Shown here in pieces: positions 49,620 to 60,000 of a stretch of DNA of 60,000 nt. The notes beneath the pieces were generated by a model. That model was not told the origin of the DNA, did not search any database, and worked only from the letters and a program-made list of their open reading frames with translations. How positions within the stretch are numbered: position 1 is the stretch's first letter; each line of letters starts with the position of its first letter. Both the position numbers and the translations under genes were made by a program. Source of the DNA: Lytechinus pictus (lineage: Eukaryota); the NCBI RefSeq assembly GCF_037042905.1, contig NC_087245.1:37946001-38006000 (forward strand). Reading direction: 5' to 3'.

Positions 49620-50009
49620 CCTTATTGTCAAATCTGTAAAAATCGAAATATTGTATAATTTAAATGATAAAAACTAGGAAATAGTGGGTGAGGGACATCA
49701 ACAAATCTCTCATTTGCATGTAACTGAGTTGTGCAAATACCTGTTTAATGAAAAATAAGCGAAACTTTAAAATAGGCCTGGGACTTTCAGTATTTTTGTC
49801 TTAGGGTACCCGCAGAAATTTTTGGGCTGGTACCCGAAGATCATGTCTCAAGAAATATGAATGGTGGAACCAGCTTGTCCCAGGCCTACTTGAAAATGTC
49901 ATAATTTTTCTCATTTTACATCCGATTTTGGTGATATTTTCAGCGCTATGCTTGTTTGATTTTTCTCTATTGATTGAAATCAACATATTTCTCGAGTGGA
50001 CTTTAACCT
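49620..50009. mobile_element. Family A MITE fragment carrying a nested 116 bp hAT-like MITE (49773-49888)
   Basis: The host ends TGGACTTTAACCT-TTAA. The nested element has TIRs TAGGCCTGGGAC/GTCCCAGGCCTA and 8 bp flanks CTTTAAAA/CTTGAAAA. Confidence 0.75.
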
Positions 50010-51390
50010 TTAATGACAAAAACTGGAGCTAAAAGTGAAATTTAGAAATGGGAAATATATGCTACATAATTCAACAATATATATTCACTGCTTGACAGAT
50101 GAGTATTTTTCTTAAGAAAACGCTAATTAATGATCTGGAGAATTGGCTTTATCAAGCTTCTTAATGGCCTGGATTATATGACATCACATTGTGACTACAG
50201 GGTTCTAATTCCATAAGTTTTACTTAGAAAAGAAGGATTAAAAAAAAAAATCCAGATTTTGAAATTGATTTTTTTTCAATTTGCAGAGGAAGATGACACT
50301 GACAATAATTCAGTGCTCAAATGGATGGAAACCTTTAACTCTTCACAAGGTTTTTTTGTTTGATTTCTTTATTTGGCTCTCATTGGGCCTAAACTGCTAT
50401 GTCAGGAAAGGTTTGTACACATAATCTGAGTGCACATAGAATCGAAAAGTTGCACCAAGCAATCGGGGAAATAAAATATGGCAAAATCTAGCCCTAAACT
50501 AGATTTTTTTCAATTTAAGCTCGCAGGAATTGATATTTATGATATCTCTTTGTGATAGAAGTGAAAAACAAAACAATACCCAGTTCTCTGTGTACAAACC
50601 TATGGAATCACAACGCCTCTAACACATTCCTAATCAGAATAGCTAGGTAGCAGTGATAATGCATTTCTGTGTTAAGTAGTTTATAAGCTTTTGATTGGTA
50701 TATTACAAGTACCCTATTTCCTTTCTACCGGATGTACTGGAAAAATGCAAAAAGCTGCAGCCAGTTTTCCAGGTCTAGCTTTTGTCAATTTCGCTGTTTG
50801 GTTTGGTCTGGGTCTTTAGATCAATTCTGAAAGCGCCCAGGACCTATGGGAAATATGCAGTAAAACAATCAATTCAATCAATTCAATAATCAGTAAGCCT
50901 TTATGCAGTTGTAACTGCATGAGCGGTAAAAGGTCATTGGAGATAAACTGTCAAGGTGGTTTTCAAATCCACTGATGATTATTCATGTGTTCCTTATAAT
51001 ATATTCTTTTCATCATATCCAAGCTGAGGAGTAACAAGTGTTCGTAATTGTTGGAATTTGACAATATCCCAAATACTACTCAATGAAATAAAAGTGGACA
51101 AAACAAACAGCATACTACATACTAACAGTCACCTGGTCTGTGCCAGGTCTTTCTTGGAATTAGAATACCTCAGGATGCTATGTCAGGGAAAGCTTACACA
51201 ATATCTTCATTTGAGAGTGTTAGTGCTCATCCTAATAAAAAATGGGTAAGGTTATTCAAGAAAAGTTGGTTGTGAGCTAATTTCCAATTGACTTTATAGC
51301 TTGGATTTTTTTCATGATAGGCCCAGATAAACTTAGCATACTCTACTCTCTTAGGGAAATGTTATATACTTTGTTTTTGCTGATCCTGGT

Positions 51391-51698
51391 GGGTGTTTCA
51401 TAAAGCTGTTTGTAAGTTAAGAGCGACTTTAAGAACGACTGGTGATCCCGTCTTGTTGTAAATGGTATATTCATTGGCGATGGTTTAGCGTGTAAGAAAG
51501 GATTACCAGTCGTTCTTAAAGTTGATCTTAACGTACAAACAGCTTTATGAAACGCCCCCCCCCCCAAACGACTGGTGATCCCGTCTTGTTGTAAATGGTA
51601 TATTCATTGGCGATGGTTTAGCGTGTAAGAAAGGATTACCAGTCGTTCTTAAAGTTGATCTTAACGTACAAACAGCTTTAAGAAACGCCCCCCCCCCC
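51391..51698. mobile_element. Short MITE with a tandem duplication of its right ~130 bp
   Basis: GGGTGTTTCATAAAGCTGTTTGTA...TACAAACAGCTTTATGAAACGCCC. The segment 51433-51565 is repeated at 51567-51698. Confidence 0.7.
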
Positions 51699-53529
51699 GG
51701 CCTGTAAGTCAGTTTTGATTTAAACTCTGGTTTGAAGTTGTGGTTTAACTTTGGATAGCCAATAGTAACATAAATCTCTGAACAATTTAATTTCAGTCTA
51801 TCAGCTCATTTTTTTTCTCAAATCATTAACTGTTTCGGAAGGATAAATAAGATAGCTTTGTTCAACATTCACGAGTTAGGAAAGAGCACAGTAACCTTAA
51901 GAAACACACAATGCAAGGAAAATTTGGACATTATTTTGGCTTTCCATAATTTTAGCACAGAATTAGACCATGGGTTAAGTCAAACCCGACTTCAGAATAC
52001 TGGCCTGTGTGTCTGATTTTAATGTACACTCCTTCAGGTTTTCACTTCGAATTGTAAAACTGCTATACCTTGTCAGGTCCACTCTGTCTCAGTTGTTATT
52101 AACCCATCAGAGACCGAGTCTGCATTATGCAGGCCGTGATGTATGGAAAATGTGTGTGATATCATAATCGGCCAGATTCCAGCGAGTTAATTCTTGGAAT
52201 AGCATGAATTTTGTATGTCTGTTTCTCGTCAGTAATACAAGATAATTTCTGTATTATAGGACTTTTGTATATTTTCCTTTTCAAGGTCAGTGATAAATGT
52301 TATTTCATGACATAAGTACGGTGTAATTAAAGCAAATAACTTATGATTATATGTTTTGATTTCAGTACTTAATTTTGTAATGAAATATATATATGTTTGT
52401 TCTTATAGATATAACTTACATGTATGTATGACTAATAATAATACTGATAACTAATATACTTAAACCAAAGTTGATATTTCATTTCAGAAATTCTTGCGAG
52501 CATGCAGCTTAGCTGTCAAACAAAGGGTTATTTGTCACTTTGTCATGAAATCATTAAAGTTTTAAAGTGTCATTGGCTCCTAATAGACTTGCGTCGGGTT
52601 TGAAGATGCATCTAACATCGGCTTTGAAGCCACCTTCACGCCTGCAATTGGGTTGGTGTTACAAATGCACTGAAAGCGGACTGACGCCGCCTTCAGATCA
52701 CTATCGCCCTGATACACATGGTCTGAGGCCTGCGTTTGTGTGTCTACACATAATCCCGCTTCATGTCACCTATTCATGTGCAGTGAGTGACCTGTAAACA
52801 TTCTTATTGTTCTTCCGAAAACGACTATTGTTCACTTTTTCTAGTTCAGTGGTCAAGCCAGCTTGAATCCAGTTGTCAGTTAAGATTTTTTAAAGTTCCA
52901 AAACTGAATTTTTAATCCATTTTGTGGTTGATGAAAAATTGAACGGAATGAATAGCGTATATCGCTAATCAGAACCGCAATGCATTATGGGTTTGCTATA
53001 GCTAGTTCTGCGCACGCGCACTGCGGACTGTCCGCTAGTGCGCGTGCGAGGTGTTATTAAAGGTGTTATTATCATATCAACATGGTGAAATAGTGTATCA
53101 TGCCAAGTTGACATGACAATGTTTTTAATATATCAACGTGCATGGCGAGATACATTAATACATTATCTCACCAAGAAAACATACGAAAAGTTGTACGTAG
53201 ACATCCCGACCTTTGTTATCCACCAATTCCATATACAAAAAGTTGTATTTCAACTTTCTGAGATAACGTATGTCCCCTTGTTGACATAACAACATTATGT
53301 TGATTTGGTAAAATACATAGTCTCGCCATCTCTACGAGTTAATGGCACTCCGTACTTTGTGGAGGAGTTTTTTTTTTTGCTTTAGGTTTTTAAGGTCAAC
53401 ATCATTGTGGGTGTACCACAACAAGATCTCATTGGCAAGCCATGGTTCAGCAGGGGCAGTATGGCCGATATTGTTTTAAAATATTGTGTTTTTTTTCCTT
53501 TTCTGATAGGAGTATCGAAAGACCTATAG

Positions 53530-53810
53530 TAATAATAATGATAAGAAGTATATGCAGCATTTACATAGCGCTTGAAAATGTTTCTATTAAAGCACTGCAT
53601 ACTATTAACCCAGCTTGACATGGCTACCCTGATCAGGTGCTGGAGCACTCAAGGAATTCCTTTCTACTGGGTACCCACTTACTACACCTGGGTGGAGAGT
53701 GGCAAATGTAGATAAACAGTTAAACACCATGCCAAAGCCTGAAGGAAATGAGTGCTGCGATAGAATTTGAACACTGGACCGTGTGGTTCAAAGTCTGGAG
53801 ACTTATCCAG
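53530..53810 (-). mobile_element. Diverged tRNA-derived SINE
   Basis: The minus strand has a B-box-like GTTCAAATTC, core CTCTCCACCCAGGTGTAG...GGGTAC and an (ATT)n tail. Confidence 0.6.
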
Positions 53811-55299
53811 GCTGATCTTCAAAACGACCAAAATCACTGTGTTTTTGTAGAAGTTTGATAGTAAAGGAAGGACAAATTGCCCCCAAATGCTAATTCTGGC
53901 TAAAGGAAGGGCACTATCGAGTGTGTCATTGAATACTGATAATTTGAATCGAAGCTGGTATGATATTTTTGCAGTCAACAGTACCATACTGCCCTTTTAC
54001 TTTGCGAACGATGAAGTGCGTCAGTGCAGAAAACAATAGAGCATATTTTAAAACTAATTTTATTGGAAATTATGTTTTTAATAAAAATGTGTACACTATG
54101 GCAAATCATAGATGATTTATTAACTTATTTTACAAAACCATGAACTTAATTTAGTAATTAAATAAGATGGAATGCCTGGTGATTTGAGAGTTTATGATCT
54201 CTTATCGTTTATAATGATTTAATGTTTTACCATGTTTTATTACTTTGACCAAAGACATGATGCTGCCATCTACAATATTTAATAGTAAATTTGATGAGAT
54301 ATCTTAAAATCAGTATTATTCAATAAGATAACAATTACAGTGGTGTCTTTATTGCAGCTAATGAATTTCGATGTGTAATGTTATGGTCTCTTTCTGAAAT
54401 GAAAATGTATATATTTTGTCATATTTTATTAGAGGATTGTCTTGTTAATATACTTACATTATATAATAAACATCATTTACAAAGGTGAAAAGTGTGTGTT
54501 TCTTTTATAGCATTAACTGGATGAGTATACTTAATTTGTGACTTAGCCTGGGGCTGTACAACTCTTTTGAAGAGTGGTTGACCATGCAAAAAATATCACT
54601 CTGATAATAAGATGGTGATTTTTACACTTTTGTACTTGTCTCAGTACTGAAAAAGGTGGGGTTGAAGCCCCCTCCCCGTTCTGCTGCCCTTGTTAGATCA
54701 GTCTGCAAGTGTTTGTGAAAAGATTTTGTTTGCTATGGATGTAGATGAAAGTGTTGTAGAGCAGTATGTGTTTGAATATCATTCTTCTCCAGAGTTGACG
54801 TTTGAAATTTATTTGTGTTATCAGACCAAAATGGAGGTCGGAAGATGGCTCACGAGTTGCATAACTTTTTTGAGAATTCACAGACAAATATCGGGGGAAA
54901 TGTTGCCTGGCTGAAATTTTTTCACTGTATCTTTTTTTTTTACCTGAAGCTTAGTTTGGTTGATGATGATATGAAAACTTCACTTTTCCTCCAGATAGAA
55001 AGTTGCATTACATGAAATTTCAAATATCTTTTCTGCACATGATTTTAAGGCATAATTGGGGTCATGGAATATGTAATATTGCAATTTTTGTAACTCGTCT
55101 TAGAAAGAAGACATTCTTTCCACACACCCATAATATGCAAAGAATTCAAAAGGAAAAGTGGGTTTACACTGCCTGTTATATATATATTACTTTGAAATGC
55201 TGTAAATTTTGTACTTTAGATTTGACATAGGTGAATATTCCCCCGATCCCTTGTCAAATTAACTTAAAAGTTTGGATGGGACTTCGGAAAGCATGGACA

Positions 55300-57120
55300 T
55301 TATAAAGGAGAGGGTAGAAGGGAGAATAGGATTGGAGAGAGGGAGGAGTAATTAGAGAGATGACAAAGAATGATAGGGGGTGGGGGAGAATAAGATTAGA
55401 GTAAGAGATTGGGGTATGAGACAGATAGGTAAGGGAGAGAGGGAAGGAAATTGTAAGACTCCAATGGGAGAGAGGGAGGGGAATTATAAGACTGGAGAGG
55501 GAGATGGGGTAATGGGAGAGAGGGTGGTGAATGATAGAGGGGTGGAGAATTATAAGACTGGAGTAAGAGATGGGGTAATGGGAGAGAGGGAGAAGAAGAG
55601 GAGGAGAAGACTGGAGAGAGGGTCATGGGAGAGAGGCCCAGAGAGGGACTCACAGAATGATAGAGGGGTGGAAAATTATATAAAACTAAGATATGGGGTA
55701 ATATGGGATAGAGGGAGGAGAATTATATGACTGGAGTAAGAGATGGGGTAATGGGAGAGAGAGAGAGAAGAGGAAGATAAGAAGACTGGAGAGAGCTAGG
55801 GTCATGGGAGAGAGGCCCAGAGAGGGACTCAGAATGATAGAGGGGTGGAAAATTATACAAGACTAAGATATGGGGTAATGGGAGAGAGGGAGGAGAATGA
55901 TAGAGGGGAGGAGAATTATAAGTTAGACTGGAGTATATGGGGTAATGGGAGAGAGGGAGAAGAAGAGTAGGAGAAGAAGAGGAGGAGAAGACTGGAGAGA
56001 GGGTCATTGGAGAGAGGCCCAGAGAGGGACTCACAGAATGATAGAGGGGTGGAAATAAAACTAAGATATGGGGTAATATGGGATAGAGGGAGGAGAATGA
56101 TAGAGGGGAGGAGAATTATATGACTGGAGTATGAGATAATGGGTATAGTGGGAGAGAGAGGGGGGAGAATTAATAGAGGAGAAGACAAGACTCATATGGC
56201 GGTCCATGATGGAGCAATGATGGGGTAATGGGAGAGAGGGAGAAGAACGATAGAGGGGAGGAGAATTATAAGACTGGAGTAAGAGATGGTAATGATCGAG
56301 AGAGAGAGAGAGAGAGGGGTGGGGGGGGGGGGAATAACAGAGGTGCCGGGAGGAGAATTATAAAACTGCGGCATAGAAGAGATGGGGTACCTAGTGCATG
56401 CATGGGAGAGAGGGAAGAAAATGAATGAGGGAAAGAGAAATTCTGGAGAGATATAGGGTAGGAGATAGGTTAGGGAGAGATCGAAGGGAAGAATGATAGA
56501 GGGGAAGGGAATTAATATAAGACTGGAGTATATGATCTGAGATAATGGGTAAGAGGGAAGAAAATGATAGATAGGCCGCCTAAATAGACTGGATCGAGTT
56601 GAGATGGGGCGGGTACGTAGAAGATCGAGAGAAGGAGAAATGGGAGAGCGGAGTCCGAGACTTGACTCGAGTGGGTGTAGGAGAAAGGGGGTAATGGAAG
56701 AGAGGGAGGAGAGTGAAAGAGGAATAACGCGATAAGACTGGAGAGATCGAGATGGGGGTAAATGAGATTCATGATAAGACTGGGCTATAGAGCTATATAG
56801 GAGTATAGGGACAGAGGAGGAGAATAGCCGAGAATATGGGGAGCTAGAAGTATAAGGCTGGAGTAAGAGATGCGGGTATATAGTGAGAGAGCTAGGTAAT
56901 GGGAGGGAGGGATCTAGGAGATTGATCGGGAGGAGAATAAGAATTACTCGAGATATTGTGAGGAGAGAAAGGGAGTAACGCGGGCTTTATTTACTGGGAG
57001 AAAGGGAGTATAGGAGGAAACTGTCGTGATAGGGGAGAAGAATAAGACTGGAGTCAGGAACTATATATAGGTCCATGACTTGAGTAAGAGATGGGGTAAG
57101 AGATTGACAAATAGAAAAAA
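55300..57120. repeat. Purine-rich minisatellite
   Basis: Recurring unit AATTATAAGACTGGAGTAAGAGATGGGGTAATGGGAGAGAGGG...GAATGATAGAGGGG with a higher-order ~190 bp repeat in 55550-56100. Confidence 0.9.
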
Positions 57121-59675
57121 AGTATAGAAGCTAGAATAGTAAAAGAAACAATCAAAACACAAATCGGCCTCGGATCGGGGAAAATGGAATATGGGTGATG
57201 AATATCTTAGCGGCAACGGTCTGCCGGCCTCGAGTGCGTGAGATTGGTACCCATTCTTAGTCAGATGTTGCCTGAACTTTCCGTAATAATGTACGTGGAT
57301 AGCCAACCTAAGCTCTTATAGCTACCAGTCCGATTACCCGATGTTGTGCAATCCGCCGGGTTGCTATTTCGGGAACATTACGTTCGAAAACAAGCACAAT
57401 TACACCATAATACAATCCTTTCTGAGTAAGTTTGCTTATATTTGTGAAAGGTTACCCTTTAATGGTACAACTTTTATTTTTGGAGTGGAATAGAGAGGTG
57501 AGGAAGCGTGATATAGCCTCGAATTTATTATTATACCGGTACGTAAACGTAACGAAGTGAGGTTGTTGATGTCGTTGGTACGGTACCGGTACCGTACCGG
57601 TAGTAGGATGGGGGGGTCGGGTGTCCGGACACTTTATATTTTTGAAGCCTTCTTTTTTGTATTTGGATTACACTAAAAATATGAATTCAACAGTTGTAAT
57701 CATCTTATATTTTGTTCTCTATAATATTTCCTTACATTTTGTACTAAAAATTGATGACACTTCGCTTGTAAATTTTTCCAAAGGACTTTCTAAAATTGAT
57801 CGTCCGGACACACAACCTGTCCGGACACACAACAACTGGGTAGGCCTATACTACATGTACTACATGTACGGTACCTCGGGCATGTCGGGCGAGGTTTCGT
57901 ATACTGTCTATATAGGCCTAACTTAGTATAGCGGGAATTTATTCATCCGAGGTTGGACTTGTAAGGATTTGTACCTTCATCAGTAGAGATGAATCGGTTG
58001 TCTCACAATGTAGACAAACCGAGGTTGGACTAGCTGGCATTACTATTTTTTTCTGAGGGGCGAAGCCCCGATGGCGATGGTGATGGCGATGGAAAAATAG
58101 TGATTTTGCCAGTACAACCGAGGTCGAGGATGAATAATTCCCTTTTTTAAAATCATGTTTATACTTTCGAAATAATACATTTGTTTTATAATTATATCCT
58201 ACTTTGACTCTATTACTATTAGAGCAATACTATAGTCTAGATTTAGATCTTGATTGTACTCGTACTCGTAGTTCATCCTTTATCAATCTGAACCAAACCT
58301 GCTGCGCTGACTCACTCACACGTATTGCGAGGTTAGTAGTATTAGTATACTGACCTACTTTTCCTGAAGCGCTTAGCCACTGAATCAATGCGTATTACTA
58401 TTAGTGCATAGTGCTTGCGCCATGATCATGATCTGTGACGTCAATGATGGAATAGTCGACTATTCCATCATTGACGCCACGGAATAGCACATTTTCTTCG
58501 GTGGGCGTTTCATTTTCGAAATCATCGCAAAATAGTGAGAATATGTTTGGTCACATGATCCTATTTAAACCAATCAGCATAGGTCCTACATGTTTTAACT
58601 TATGAAGGATATAATCTAGACTACAGCCTAGGCTCCACTATACACCGCCACCTACCCCACAGAAAAATCAAGCCATAGTCATAGAAGTCATGTGTTGTGG
58701 ATGCCAGAAGTGGGCGATAAATACGGTACTCGCTCTCAAAAACCAGTGACAAACTCACTTTTTGGTAAAAAAAAGGCAACATGTCCTGTAAAAAAAAGAC
58801 ATTTATACTAAGCGTACTCTACAATGACTAAACTTACCATCGCAACTAATTGGATGTGGACACACTACACAGACTCGCTCCTTGCCCTTCTTTTTGTTTT
58901 TTCATGCTTTTTGTTTCTTCAGTTTAGTAAAGTCTAAAAAAAAATGGTGATTTGAAGCCGGTTCGCAGTTCCCCACAAGTATTAATTCACTGCCGAATCC
59001 AAAATGGCGAACGCGAATTCGTGTTAAAGGTATTCAAAGTAGATGCAGTGATCACTGACTCTGGACATTATTCCTGTATTTGACAACTCTTTGGCTGAAT
59101 TAGGAGTGCCCTCTGAGGCCGAGGTTGAGTCTGTGACTGTGTTGTTGCTTAGTTAAAGATTTTCAGTGAGTGACCTAGGCCCTAGGTTATACAGTTTCGC
59201 GGGCTTGGGGCATTGTGAGAAACTTCTCAACTTGATGTAAAAGTCTATGGAGGACGGGGATGCCTCGAAGCCTCAGCGCAGCAGAGTCTATTCTGACCAA
59301 AATGACTGATTTTTTTGTGTGTATAATCAGCGTCAAGACACTTGTAACGCTACAGTAAAGTAGGCATATTTTCGAGTTGGGCAAATATTCAAGTGTGATT
59401 TAATTCCTGAATGAAAATAGACATTTGGGCTGAATACGAAATTATTTATTTCTTTTTCTTTCTCTGTTCTAGGTATCAGGGATATCCCAGACAATCGATT
59501 TCCCCCAAAGCTCCATATAAAGGGGGAAGGCCTGTCAACCATTTAGGATACAAGAATCACTGGAGCAAGACAAAGCAAGAAGAAAAAATATACCTCACAT
59601 TCATCTCCTTTTGGAACATCACCTTGACAACAATAATTCAATTTCGACAAGAATTTCTGAAATACAACTGAAATC

Positions 59676-59833
59676 ATGAGTACTGGAGGAAAAGTGGCCT
59701 GGCCTGCTGCCAACCCGTGGGGGAAGAGCCCGCCTGTTGCTGTTTCATCACTGAGTAGCGTCATGGATGAGGAGTATGCCTTGCAACTGCAGAAGGAGGA
59801 GGAGAGAGTTGATGTGCCCAAAGCTCAAGCAAG
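59676..59833 (+). CDS. RIOK3: RIO kinase 3-like protein, first coding exon (exon starts at 59473; gene continues beyond the window)
   Basis: MSTGGKVAWPAANPWGKSPPVAVSSLSSVMDEEYALQLQKEEE resembles the RIOK3 N-terminal 'PW...SLxxVMSEQLAxxLQxEE' motif. ATCATGA start context, polypyrimidine AG acceptor at 59472, AG/GTGAG donor. The kinase domain is not in the window. Confidence 0.7.
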
Positions 59834-59875
59834 GTGAGGGCTTGATATGAATAGGACATTGTCACGTGATACTGC

Positions 59876-59997
59876 CAGGGATTGTAGTCGAGGCAAACAT
59901 CTTGGCCTCAGCCCGATTCACATGTAAAAAGTCTATGGGAGATGGTTTTCTCCAGTGACCTTGTGATTTGGAAGTACCGGCCTTGACTATATCCCTG
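59876..59997. mobile_element. Small hAT-like MITE in RIOK3 intron
   Basis: CAGGGATTGTAGTCGAGG...CCTTGACTATATCCCTG. Left flank GATACTGC; the right flank begins GAT and is cut by the window end. Confidence 0.55.
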
Positions 59998-60000
59998 GAT

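Noticed and set aside
55380..56772. Several 60-116 aa Gly/Glu/Arg or Pro/Ser/Leu ORFs
   Set aside because: Products of the purine-rich minisatellite.

Overview
Eukaryotic, AT-rich, repeat-dense genomic DNA. The repeat landscape suggests a sea urchin or other echinoderm, which is an inference only. Three spliced host genes can be reconstructed by hand. (1) A minus-strand matrix metalloproteinase (M10A): five coding exons at 20722-12054 give signal peptide, pro-domain, furin site and a complete catalytic domain, but no hinge or hemopexin exon is visible. (2) A complete plus-strand ketohexokinase (KHK): seven coding exons at 36573-49333, 312 aa. (3) The first coding exon of a RIOK3-like kinase at 59676-59833. 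The first coding intron of KHK holds a very young 4.85 kb Ty3/Gypsy LTR retrotransposon of the CsRn1 type, with near-identical 866 bp LTRs, a tRNA-Trp PBS, a CHCC gag knuckle and a 4 bp TSD. It nevertheless lacks most of gag and the integrase catalytic Glu, and both LTRs end in a non-canonical AA, so it looks like a non-autonomous derivative mobilised in trans. The rest is MITEs (TTAA/Kolobok-like, PIF/Harbinger-like, hAT-like, Tc1-like, a Mutator-like foldback), tRNA-derived SINEs, a ~400 bp tandem array, microsatellites and a purine-rich minisatellite. No prokaryotic-type system such as CRISPR is present.
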